From NCBI GenBank assembly GCA_977030845.1, contig OZ365116.1, forward strand, positions 15,624,001 through 15,688,000: a DNA stretch of 64,000 bases, given 5' to 3'. The notes under the pieces were generated by a model. That model did not search any database. It saw only the letters and a program-made list of their open reading frames with translations, and was not told the DNA's origin. Shown piece by piece: positions 36,006-48,376 of the stretch. The stretch is from Fimbriosthenelais zetlandica (lineage: Eukaryota). The translations under genes were made by a program, and so were the position numbers. Within the stretch, counting starts at the first letter, position 1. Each line of letters opens with the position of its first letter.

Positions 36006-39000
36006 GTCAGTATCTTACATTCATCCATCAGCCAACAATCTCATTTGTCTCACTTAACTAGAACAAACAGATCAAAAGTAAGGTCAGCTATAACACTGTA
36101 CTATATGCTTGGGAGATATTGTGATATTGCATATATTACTTCCCTTGATGAGATTGAATGTAAATATTAAATGTACTCGTTTCCCTTTTCATTAAGATTC
36201 TGACAAAGAGCCTGGCGGGGCAGTAATAATATCACCGACTAAACACCCACAGACCATGGAGAATGGACCAAGTGGTGGCACAGAACAACTGTCAAACAGT
36301 GACAGTAAGGATGTCAACATTGACTTCTCCCACATGCAAGATACATCATCAACAGGTTCCAAGGGCAAGTCAGACCCACTGTGCACCAACCCGAGCATGG
36401 GTTCTTCACCCTATGTACGGCTGGAGCACCCCGCGGACAAAAGTGCCATGCTTTCCTTTATAGGAAGCGTAACGTTGCTGATAATTGCCCTGATCGTCTT
36501 CTGCCCAGTGTTCACATTTGTCATAATTGGCCTGCCTATTGCTGTTCTTGTCAGACAGTGTATGTTATGCTGTTGTTGTGCCAAACCCCGGAGGACCTGT
36601 TTGTGCTGTTGCTCTCCTGTGGTCAGTCATTCAGATTCGGTCTGGCTGCATGACACCTGTTTTAACCGAACTATCCTCCAAGGTCTTGTGACAATGGAGA
36701 AGGGACTTGACCTGGAGCGGATCAAAAATCTCATACATGCAAAATTAGTGGGCGGAGAGGATGCAAGGGGGAGGCTACTGTATCCAAAATTAACTCAGAA
36801 AGTGGTGCCTCTCTCTTCAGGCTTCATGTGGGAGCAAGATGACAACTTCAACATGGATAAACACATATATAACCTTCCTGCAGATCTCAAAACTAAAGCT
36901 GATCTTCAGAAGTACATTGCTGATATGTCTAGTCAGGAACTACCATGGGAGAGACCGCTATGGTGTATACAAGTTCTAGAGTCGTTTGGTGACAAGAAAG
37001 ACACGGTAGTCATCATTCGGATACACCAATGTCTGTGTGATGGTATATCTCTGTTAAATGTATTCCTTAGTTCATTAGTGGAGGAATATTCACTATACAA
37101 CAACAAACCAAGATATGGTCGAGGGACTTTCTTACTTAATACATTCCGTGCTATCGCCATGGGACCCCTTGTGTTCCTGCAGAAGTGGCTTTTCACAAGG
37201 AAGGACTATAATTTAATACATGCATCACCTCGGACAGGGAAAAAGGTGGTGGCTTGGTCAGAACCCTTCAGCTATAGAAAGGCCTTAAGGATTAAACAAG
37301 TGACCAGGAGCACATTAAATGATGTATTATTATCAGCAGCGGCAGGGAGTATAAGGACTTATTTCCAGAGTAAAGGAGTGAATAATCCATACAATATTCA
37401 GGCCAGTATCCCGGTTGACTTACGCACCAGAAGCAATGACAGTGCCATGAAATCCCAAACCACCCTTGTAGGGATCAACCTACCCACCAACACAGAGGGA
37501 GCTATACCTAGGTTATGGCAGATCAAACAAAGCATGGACCATTTGAAGAAATCAGCCGATTCTTTAGTCCTCTATGGTGCGCAATGGTTATTGGTTCATA
37601 TTTTACCAGTGTGTCTATGGCAAAGGATCTTGTCAAGTATTAGAGGAAACAGTACATGTATCATTGCTAACTTGCCTGGTCCGGAGAGTAACATTGCCTT
37701 TGCTACACGTCAGGTGCGGACTATGTTATCACTGCTACCACCACCCGATGAGGCGGCATTGTGTATATCATTCCTTACCTATGGTGAACAACTGCGTATG
37801 TCTGTGATAGCTGATCAAGGCGCCATAACAGATCCTACCATTCTTGCCAAAGACTTCGTTGTACAGGTAAGTTCTCAAACGATTATTGTTATGACACAAT
37901 TCACTGCACGTACTCAAGTAACACTGAATCAGCAGTGTTTGTCTAAGATGCCACGCCCTTAACTGTCTATCCTTTGATGCTTTAGATGGATAATTTTTAA
38001 ATGCAAAATAAGCACGTTTCATTTCATCATGAATAACTATCAATGTGGAGGGGAATTTTCCAATTTTTCAGTCTTGAAAATACAGTGGAAGTGAGACCTG
38101 ATAACTTCAAGTTTTGATTTCACACACCAGTTGCCTACCTCTGGTTAACAATGTTTATAGGTGATAGCTGGGATGATTATATCTTTCAGATGGAGAAGCT
38201 TTCTCACCTGTTGGCCCACCGCAGGATTCCAGGTGAACATCCAGGGCGGCGCTTTGATCTACATGATGACGGTCTACAGAGGGAACCCACCGTGGAGGAG
38301 GTGAGTGAGCAGGGAGGCTGGGGTTTGGCCAATACAGAACTCGACAAATAAATCAAGAGTTCTGTTAATAAATAAGCTGTCTGGCCTTACAGTGACCCTG
38401 TGTACTGTAAACCATGACATATCTGCTGCTCGCGAGGCCTTATACATTTTTCACGTGACAAGAGTCAGTAGATCGTAAGGGCTATTACTATTACTGGTTC
38501 CATGAACAGACTGATCCCAGAAATACCAACACCACACACGAACACACTTTACTTAGTTGTACAACTACTCGTTTCCATTTGTGTAATTCATATATGAATT
38601 GATTCACTCTCATATTCTGCCACAAAGTGAAAGAGAGCAACAGAATTGATGTTTACAGTATCCCAATATCCCAATTCTTTGTATAAGGATGATTACAAAC
38701 TGGTAGATTTAGTATATTATTTTGTTTGAAGTTTCCCCCAATCTATGTTCTCAGATTCCTTTTGTTATAGATATAGAACAATACAATATATTGCAGCATT
38801 TAGTGCCGTCTCTAAACTATGACCCCATGCTTCCCCTTCCCCTAGTGCCTCAATATATTCTGTTTGACGTAATAAGTTGGATATCATCATGGTATTGATA
38901 TGGTATCATGGTATTGATATGGTATCATGGTATTGGTCACACTTCCATCTCTGATAATAACGCATCAAAACTGCTTTGGATTGATCAGAAAATGGTGGGT

Positions 39001-42000
39001 GACATCCAGCAAGAGTTATGGGACATCAAAGTGGCCACAATCCGCTATTTTCTTCAGGAAAAGGAGGAGACTAACAACGTTAATGACCTTCATATGGCAA
39101 GTAGCGCAGTAGTAGCTCCAGTAACGCAACCCTTGCTTTTAATTGGCTACTCATTCCGCAGTTGCTATGGCAACATAATTAGCATCACTTGAGTGATTAA
39201 GCACTTTGATCCTGCCTATATATGTATATGTATACCTTTAGGGCTATCATCCATTCCAGACCCCTTACATGTATTAGCATCTATTATATTGTGCCCTTAG
39301 GATATGTGATGTGTTAGGGTGAGGGCTTTACATTTTAAGCAATAACCTTAATTATATGGAATTTGTCCTGTCCTTAATGTGCTATTATTTACTCATATAT
39401 AGATTCCATTTTCAGCCACATATATCCCAGGAGACTGACACACAGTTTCTTTCCATGGGATATTGTGGATGGGAAGAGAGTATCCAAAATAGGTATTTGG
39501 ATCATATTAACTTAGGTAGTGGATCCACCATAAATGCAGGAAAACACTGTAGTTGTGCTCCGTATAAAGGTTTAGAACCAGGATGAAGAGTTGTATACAT
39601 CCATTAGTTGCTATCGTTGCTGGATCCACACCTTAAGGTATAAAATATGATTACTGGATGTACATAAAATGCACCGAAGTAATTCACTTCAGAATGAACC
39701 ATTTATATTGTTTTATCCCACGTGGATCACCGCACACCTTTCCTTGTGTTCACTGATTTAAAATATATCTTTTTACTATGTTTATTTTAAGTGAATATAA
39801 GGAATATAAGGAAATTAGAGAATGCCATAAGCGTATCTGATATCTGTATAATCGTCATTATCCCTAGGTAGATAACGAAGTTATGATATCATGATTTCAT
39901 TAGACAATCATGAAATAGGAGTGAATCTGTGTGGATGAGTTAGGTACAAGTGGGTCCAGGCAAGGTGGCATGCAGCAGGGAAGATTTTGAGGAGGGAGAG
40001 GTTGACCAAGTAGTGACCAGCTGTGGTGGTGGGTCATCAGCATCCTGTCAGTCTGGTGAGAGGTGTGTAACAGCTGCATTCAGCCATTAAGTCACTACAG
40101 CCACCTGTATATAGTACATATACATGGAGGGTCAGGGCAAGTACAGCTACACCAGGTGCTTGCTACATACCTCAAATATTATATTCTCATATCACCTCAA
40201 ACCTGGACCAGACAATCGAGGTCAAATTAAAAGGTCATTTTATTTTTTAAATTGTCTCATTAGGGAGAAAAGGTCATTTGAAATATAGATAACATGTCGT
40301 GTCAGACTATCAGACATGTATTCTTTCAGTTCATGTTATTGATTCTACAAAAATTAATTCCCTTTAAGAATATGCATGCCATAGCGTGCTGGTGATCTTA
40401 ATGGAGGCGATCTCCATGGCTACGGAACCATTTTAAGATATCAAAACAGTTCTCTTAATGGTCATCAAAGGGCACAGCATTCATCATGAAGTTCTATCAC
40501 TTGAGCCATCCCGAACAAAAAATCTGAGGCAGCATTTCAAGCACTTCACTGTAGAGAAGACTGATCGATAACTGTGACAGAGATAGAAAATCTTGTCAGT
40601 GTAACCATCAAAGGGAATTAAACATATTCTGGGTGTCGGGCTTCATGCAGGCCACTCTGTATTAAGACATACAAAATGACCTTCAGAGCAGTCTCTTATA
40701 AGAGATCACAAGTGGCACCAAACAAATCACAAAAGAACTTGCATGAGGACATTGCCATTGGCTGTGTGTTAACTTCTCATCATTGAGAGCTCATCTTTGG
40801 CTTTACTTTTGCAGCTTCAAGCCAAGATGGCTGCGGTCCAACAGCAACTACAGGCGCTAAAAGCCAGACTTGACACCGAGGAGACGGAACGCTTCTCAGA
40901 GGAGGAACGCGCGCTGGTGGACAGGGTGGAGCAATTAAAGGAGGAATTCAGGGAACTGCTGGCCGAACTGAGGCGGAGAAGGATAGCTCAAGGATCATCT
41001 GTCCTCTCTGATGATGTGAGTTATTAACTATCTCTTTTAAAAATTAAGAGATTTTGTCCAACTTTGTTACCCCCTTACTAGACATAATAGGGGGTAGAAC
41101 CTTGGATAGTTTTTCAGTCAAATATATAGGGGTCAGGGAGTCAAAGGTACCATCTTTGTGCATTCTTGTTTTTTCCTACAAGTGTTTATTTTAACATTTT
41201 GACGACTTTTTATGCCCTTTAACAGTCTGTTAGGTTTGATTCCTAATTCCTATACAATGTTTACTCTGCTCTTATCATAGATTTTAGAACAATCTTTTAG
41301 AGCAAAGCTTCAATTTTGTTTTATTCTCCATTGATGTAACTTTAGAGAATAGAATCTTTGGGACTTGTCATTTATATCGAAGCCACTTATTCCTCAAATG
41401 AAAGGTATTAAAACTTAGGAATATCTTCATAAAAAATACAAGGCCTCTTACATGTATAGAGTGGGATCAAGTTTCGACTGCTAATTTCTTTTAAATGAAC
41501 CACTTTTACAATGTTTGGTTTGGCACAAGACCTTTAAGATGGCCATGTATCAGGAAACATGTGAGGTCTCAGTCAAGCTTTTTTTTCTTCAAATCAAAAA
41601 TGGTTCCATGAATTAAAGATGAAGTACATGTCATCAATCATTCTTTGACCTTAAATGTATCCTCTACCAGGATTCCCTCATCAAATACAATAAAAAAAAA
41701 CAAAGTTGAGAATGATTGAAATGACATAATTCTTTGATAAATCTAATAAAAGATAATGATTTGTTGCTGACCATGCAGAGCCGACACGGTCCCGTTCGGT
41801 CTCTCTCTGTTTGAGGTAGGATCCTACTTCTAACATCCTACTTTCCACCAGCCATTAACAATAGCCGATCATCCCATTAGGTAATAATCAGCGTTTAATA
41901 CACCATGTTATATAGGACTAACCCCGTCACTGTTATTTGGATTAACCAGGGGTAATGGTTGCAATATGGACGGTACACATACAAGGAATACCATCATATA

Positions 42001-45000
42001 TATAGGCATTGCTAAGGGGAGGAAATCTCATTTGTCTGACTCTATTGCTCTGCAATACATTTTTGGGGATTCCAGCCATAAATAATAGCCTGGGATTTAA
42101 TGCAAGAAATGTGCTTTACACAATGGTAATTCTACTGCTCACATTTTCTCTGGAAACCAAGCTGATTCCCCGATCATAATGCTGGCATATATGATGGTGT
42201 GTATTATATTCCAAAATGGAAATTTTATCAAACGGCTTGTTCTGTCAAATTTCCCATATAGATGAAGAACTAAGTCACTTATCCAAGCCCATCAAGCCAA
42301 TAATACATGGCAGAAACTGTCCATATTGCATGGCCTTTCCTCCATTTAGACTCTCAATGGAATGGATAATTTATAGAGGAATGCCCTGTGTCATCACCAC
42401 TCTCATCTCTAACAAGACTGCATGTAGAGTGATGATTCTGAGTGTGTAGATTAGTTGCCTAGAATTAAGCACCTCTGCCATGGGAATGACTTACAGATAT
42501 ATAATACAAATATGTATATTCACGCCACAAATGAGTATTTACATTCAATAAGGTTGCTTCAGGCACATTTTTGTTAATTGCGAAATAAGATAACTGATAA
42601 CTGATTGCTAGATCAGACTATCAAGAAGTAATGCTGCACAAAATATAGTGTCCTATTTCTTAATGGTTATAGATGTAATGACTTATATGTCAATAACATC
42701 GTTAATACATGTATAATTAAGATGTATTGCATAGAAACTGATCAATTATATATCATTCATTAATTACTATTACTAGCAATCACAGGACTAGTTTTCATAG
42801 CTTCATTGATGACACATTTCTCTACCACGGATCACATTCAAACTTGTACCGAGTTGTTTTTCATCCTTTTTGGGTGCATATTCATTTTCTCATTTGGAAA
42901 TAAGCACATATAATCTTTCCTTGCACTTTCTATTCAGGTTTATCATTTACCTGGCATTCATGTTTTCATAAGGAAAAGAACCGTACTTTCTTATGTCATT
43001 CATTGACAATTATCTGCTTTATAAATCACGAGCAAATACAAGAAAATCAGTTTTATGCAATTTTAAATGTGGAAATATCCGTAAAACTGCATTCCAATTG
43101 ATAGAAGGAGCACTGAGTTATAATTTGAAGAATGACTGTATTGACAACCAGGGTACACTTGGACAGAGCGTTAAGTGCATTAGCTAGCATCCTTGATACT
43201 TTTGGCAGCTTTTAGTTATTAAGGGCAATGGGTGTAATCTGATAGGTAACTGGTCAAGAGCCTGACTTAGATGAGTTGGGGTAGACCTTGGAATGGTGCC
43301 GACTTCTCTGTCAGCGGCCTTTGGTCGGACTATTTTAATAACTCTGTCTAAAGGGTTGACACAAAGCTTTATTAACAATGTATGATGTGCACTGTGTAAC
43401 TTCCACCAAGTCTGGCCGCAGTACTAGCAAGTATATAATTATGTCATCTTATATGAGTAAAAGCTTCCATCTATGGAATTCAATGTGACATGATTAAATC
43501 ACATTAAAAGGAAGACTTATTGGAAAACCTCCAAATAAATGCATTTTCTCATTGAGGAGAGTATTAAATATTGAGGGATTGAAGACAACTTATTCAGATG
43601 TATAAATGACTGTGATTTTGCTCTCAGGAGAATGATGACGACGGTGAATTAAGACGTTCATCTTATCGTAAACGTACCGTGTCGGGTTCATCACGACGTT
43701 CATCCTCCATCTCTGCTAGTGCATCAACAAACAGGCCTCTCACCACCACCTCTCCCCCTCATTCTGCACACTCTTCTAGTCCCATCACTTCAAGGCCAAA
43801 CTCCCCCAGTGCAATGTCAGCACCGGTAAGTTTCCCTAGTTCAGGACCTCTCACCCAGAACCCCATCCTCTTCCCCAGCCGTCAACGTCATCCCTATCGC
43901 CGTTTCCACACTTTCCACTCTCCTCACTCTCCCACCTCCCGCATGCATGCAGACTCCCTGTTTATCATTGCACCCAAAGCATCTCCTTCAACAGCATCAG
44001 CCTCAATGGTTCCACTAACAACTGGCTTGAAAAACACTGGTTCAGTGCCTGATGGTCCAGGTGTTCATAGTCAGACTGGGTTCTCCACCAGTGTGACCAA
44101 GGAGGCCAAGGCAGCAGTACACTCAAATGCCTCAGCCATCAGTGGTGGTGTGCTCCAGGCACGGGACTTACTCTCTCAACAGGGCACTCACTCCCAGTCT
44201 TGGCCCTCTTTGGTAAGTTTGCCAATTACCTCACCACATTTCAACAATATTTAAAATAATCAATAAATTTATACAGACACACATTTCAACAATATTTAAA
44301 ATAATCAATAAATTTATACAGACAAGATTAATAACTTTGTTGACAGATAAGCTGCATTACTTTGTACTTATAAATATCTCTGACATAAATATCTTTCGAC
44401 AACAGAAAATAGATGGAAAAGATCACTTACTGGTTGTGTCCACTGTCAATGTCTTCCTCTGAATCCCTCTAGCGACGTCTTGTGTGACAAGTCGTTTGAG
44501 GTCATGCAAATTCGGACAAAGTTAAAAACATTGATTTTCATGCCACTTTCGTTTGTCCATCATCCACATGCCCTGTCAAGCGACGAAAAATTCGGTTCAG
44601 GTCGTTAATGATTCAGTTGGGAAAAAACGATAGTGGATACAGCTAGTCAAACATTTTAAAATGAAGAGCATTCTCTAAAAGTTTTTATGCAGCTGTATCA
44701 AGGATACTATATACAATACCGATACTCTACTATCTTTGGGTGAATGGCATATACATGACATTGATGACATTCCCTATCTTATTTCCCAGTGAACCTCTCC
44801 CAGACCTCATCTTGTGTGATGTATAGTTTCATGGAACTATTGCTATAGCTTCTATTACTTTAAGCCTATTCCTTTCACTTTATGTATAGATCTGCAGATC
44901 CTTAGCCTATATATCTGTTCCCTGCCCCTAGCTTTTATTATTATGCTGCCCGAAAAATTATTTCTACAACAAATCCTTTCTCCTGCATTCTATCATCTTC

Positions 45001-45714
45001 TTGCATAGTCTTAGCTAGCAATAATGCATAGTCTTAGAAATATCTATGAAAAAAAAACTTGATTCCTATAGCATAAGAAATTGATGATACACTTTTTAGC
45101 CTATCACTTCCTGCATTTCTTTAAACCTCTCGAGAAGCTAAATAAATTGTCAAACAAGAGGAACAAAACTGAACACAACTTGTTTATGAATCGGTCTTAC
45201 CTTAGATGAATTGGTCTTACCTTAGATGAATGAATGAGGCGTTTCTCTCTGGAAAAGAAAGAGACACTTTAGACTTCATATAAAGCGAGGGAATAATAAA
45301 ATGCTAGTGGATGGATATACAGTCTCATAGATGCTTACTGACTTCTTTCAATACTTTTACATCCACATCTTTCACAAAGCTTTTCTATATAATGTATGAG
45401 AAGAAAATAGAGAAGAAAATATCATAGTTTTTGTATATACAAACTGTGAAAGTCTGAACTGGGATATTTTTGTCATGAACATCATTTCTTTGTTTACTGA
45501 TAGGAAACACATCACGGCTAGGTGACTAGAAAATAGATGCAGGTTTAAGATGTAAGTATTTAAATTATAAATTACACCCTATGTTGCCCCCAATATTAGA
45601 TGGAATTATTTATAAAATGTTTATAGGAGAATATTACAGTCTAGTCATGTGATGTTTTAATTGTGCAAATATTTTCAGGTACGTAGAGAGGCACTTGATG
45701 GAATCTCAAAGTAA
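35843..45714 (+). CDS. Wax ester synthase/diacylglycerol O-acyltransferase (WS/DGAT) family-like protein (~921 aa); join(35843..36005,36197..37866,38190..38300,40815..41015,43628..44212,45679..45714)
   Basis: Family hallmarks in exon 36197-37866: WEQDDNFNMDKHI, LPWERPLWCIQV, IRIHQCLCDG (HHxxxDG-like), TLNDVLLSAAAGSIR, IPVDLR, IIANLPGP, ISFLTYGEQLR. The flanking exons have canonical splice sites and stay in frame (2766 nt). Start and last exon are less certain. Confidence 0.9.
36197..37866 (+). CDS. WS/DGAT-like large catalytic-domain exon
   Basis: ttttcattaag| phase 1, continuous with ORF 36256..37962; donor CAG|gtaagt after LAKDFVVQ. Confidence 0.93.
38190..38300 (+). CDS. WS/DGAT-like exon
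   Basis: ctttcag|MEKLSHLLAHRRIPGEHPGRRFDLHDDGLQREPTVEE|gtgagt; phase 0 to 0. Confidence 0.88.
38887..38935. repeat. 19-bp tandem repeat (TCATGGTATTGATATGGTA)x2.6
   Basis: Read directly from the sequence. Confidence 0.85.
40815..41015 (+). CDS. WS/DGAT-like coiled-coil exon
   Basis: ttttgcag|LQAKMAAVQQQLQALKARLD...VEQLKEEFRELLAELRRRRIAQGSSVLSDD|gtgagt; heptad-like pattern; phase 0 to 0. Confidence 0.88.
43628..44212 (+). CDS. WS/DGAT-like Ser/Pro-rich tail exon
   Basis: ctctcag|ENDDDGELRRSSYRKRTVSG...HSQSWPSL|gtaagt; in frame with ORF 43679..44254; phase 0 to 0. Confidence 0.85.
44235..44324. repeat. Perfect 45-bp tandem duplication
   Basis: CACATTTCAACAATATTTAAAATAATCAATAAATTTATACAGACA occurs at 44235-44279 and again at 44280-44324. 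Confidence 0.95.
45186..45231. repeat. 20-bp tandem repeat (ATGAATYGGTCTTACCTTAG)x2.3
   Basis: Read directly; one mismatch between copies. Confidence 0.85.
45679..45714 (+). CDS. WS/DGAT-like probable terminal coding exon
   Basis: attttcag|VRREALDGISK-TAA. Confidence 0.6.
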   Translation, partial: VRREALDGISK

Positions 45715-47603
45715 GGAAGTTCAGAAAACAAGGGGCTAGTGTGAGTCAACAAATAATGTCAACTGTGGTCAGGGGTCGAAGTCTGCCCTTAAAACGAAGG
45801 CGACGGAGGATGTGGCAGACACGTGAGGGTTCATCATTATACCAATCTGGTCCCCACGACTAAAAAGTATTCCCTTTATACGAGGACTCGATAAATATTA
45901 CATAAACTCTATTTTGATAAGTCGGTCAACATGATTATCATATGGGAGTGCAATGAAGTCGTCTTCAATTTTCATTTACCCATTATATGCATTTACTATA
46001 TAAGCATTTTGGCACCAATCTATTTAATCGGATATGCATCACATACCAATAATACCTATAACCAATAATTACCAGTTATTGTCACCGTTAATATTTAATC
46101 AAAGCATGTAGACGCATTGTCCTACTTTGATCACTTTGGTGTATTACGAGAGACTGAGACATCCATGTATGTACACACACTTATCTCCACTGGATTTATA
46201 GAAATATACATGTACTTGGACAAGTTTATTCAAGAATCTATTAGGTCAACTCCAATATTTTATAATTGCCTTTTCAAAGTTTTGTCATTAGACCTACTTA
46301 TCTAATATCTGCATGTGATTATTTCATTTCTTCATCCATTCCGATTCAAACATAAAATATGGGATGGCAAGGGAATATTACTGAACCCATGAACATGGAT
46401 CTGCATACAATACTTTGCATCATAGCACTCTGTCAACAAATCTACCCTTCTCTACACCTACTCCTGCACAAGTTTACCTGCGAATCTGTCTTGCTCGTTG
46501 ATGTTGGTTTGAAAAAGACTCAGAAATGAAATAAGGAATAGAGTGTATTGACTAACTGCAATGACAGATCATTATCCAAGAATAACTTAGGGAAAAATCT
46601 AAGAGAGGGAATGAAAAGGACTAGTACAAGCGTTAAAGACTTACATGGGATATTACCTTAATGTTGTAAATAGTATCTTGTCATAAAAGGTGACTGAGAA
46701 ATTATTTCTATCTGCCTCAAGAACATCTATACTGGCTACTAATAGTCCCACACAGATTGATATGATATTAATCTAAGATGAACTATTATATTGGATGTAA
46801 TAGATGGTGCCGAGTTATGCTTGTAATATAAATAAATCACACACAAATCGATTTTCAAGAGATTAAATGGTCATATGAACAAGTGACAATAATACCAACA
46901 CGAATCGTGAACATGCAGTCATAAAAGACACAACTTGTGCCCTGACGAATTTAACCCAAACCAAAATGTATCTGTGCAATTTTACCTATTTCTTTTGACA
47001 ATTATTTTGTATGTACACTGCGTTCAAAAGGTGGTATCTCACTATGTGATTTGCAATACCAGCAGATATTGAGCGATTTTATTTACGAAGAACAAAAATA
47101 GAAGTATAATAAAGATGGTATTGTTTTTGTTGATGTAGATAGTGGCAAGGTATTTTACAGGAGTGAAGGTTAACTCCCTGTTTAACATGATGTAGCTTTA
47201 TCTCGTCATAAAGGGATCTATATGTTGTCAATCTGTATGTACTATTTATTTGTATATATTCCAGATCCTGCTCTGTGCAGTATGTCTGATTGTAATATCC
47301 TCAAAATTTAGTAATCGGGTGTATATTATGATGTCCTAAGATAAATGGAATTAAAGAAGATATAAATCCCTGATATACATACACTATTTGTTTCTTTATT
47401 GGATATCATATGATAAAATCATATGATAAGGGGAACTTGGGGCGGGGGAACCAGCAATACTATAGTCTGGTTTGAGTCTTACCACACCAGAGGTCGCCAG
47501 AATAGATTTTAGCCAGTAGTACCTGAAGTGGCCAATGGCGGATGAAGGAGGCAATGCTCCATGTAATCATGAAAAACACAATGAAGCAACAAGAATGGTC
47601 GTA

Positions 47604-47609
47604 TTTATT
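47604..47609 (-). terminator. Candidate polyadenylation signal of the knottin gene
   Basis: AATAAA on the - strand, ~255 nt after the stop. Confidence 0.5.
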
Positions 47610-47863
47610 AACATTTAATGCATTCTGATTGTGGCAATTCAAAGTTAACAGTAATATATTAGTTCAGAGACAATCAATCAGCCACATAAACATTAAATAT
47701 GATTAGAAATATAATAGTACAAACATCCAAAGATCTATATTTGATAAATGAAAAATAAAGAACAAATAGCGCATTTTTTCTTAAATTCTCTGCCTGGCAT
47801 CATATTCTAAAGCAGAGATTTCCATACGGAGAATAGTGACCTTAAAATGATGCTGACATAGAG

Positions 47864-48376
47864 CTACCTGCGGTACCAAGTTTCTCCCTTTCTCAGTAAT
47901 GCCTTGTCCTGGGCCTGACACCAACAGTCAGGTCCTGATCCTAAACACCAGCTATTGAAAGAGGTGCGACACTGCATGTCAGGACAGCAGGGTGGGGAAT
48001 TAGCACCATCACACTGCTGTCCTACCCTCAGACACGAGGCTCTACCCGGCTGATGGCTGCCCTGAAAACATACACACCAACTGCTGATTATTCCGAGAAA
48101 ATCCCTAAAAAATTGATTACCATAGTATTTTCTCTCGAGAATTGAACAATTCAACAGGTATCATGGGAAAACATGTATACTTACTAATGTAATGGCCGGC
48201 CGGAAATAGCGCCTTAAACTGGACACTGATTGAGCCCGCTGAAGGTATGGAGGGCTGCTCTCGAAGGGAGAGAAAGGTTTTTGTAAAGATGCAGTCACGT
48301 GCACATTGAAGACAATAAGGAGGAGGAGAGGGAGAGGAGGAAATGGAAGAAAGGCGAGATGGACGCGCCCCATCAT
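47864..48376 (-). CDS. Secreted 8-cysteine knottin (agatoxin-like peptide) precursor, 129 aa; complement(join(47864..48061,48185..48376))
   Basis: Two ORF-track fragments join through a phase-0 intron (TTA|gtaagt ... gttttcag|GGC). Product: signal MMGRVHLAFLPFPPLPLLLLIVFNVHVTA, propeptide, then R-ASCLRVGQQCDGANSPPCCPDMQCRTSFNSWCLGSGPDCWCQ...WYRR-stop. Framework is C-C-CC-C-C-C-C. Confidence 0.88.

Noticed and set aside
37867-37962. C-terminal 31 aa of the 568-aa ORF
   Set aside because: Intron read-through past a perfect CAG|gtaagt donor; the next exon continues in frame.
44400-44640. CpG-richer block with a - strand donor (CCA|gtaagt) as an antisense exon or transposon end
   Set aside because: The ORF stops before the donor, and no terminal repeats or second copy were seen.
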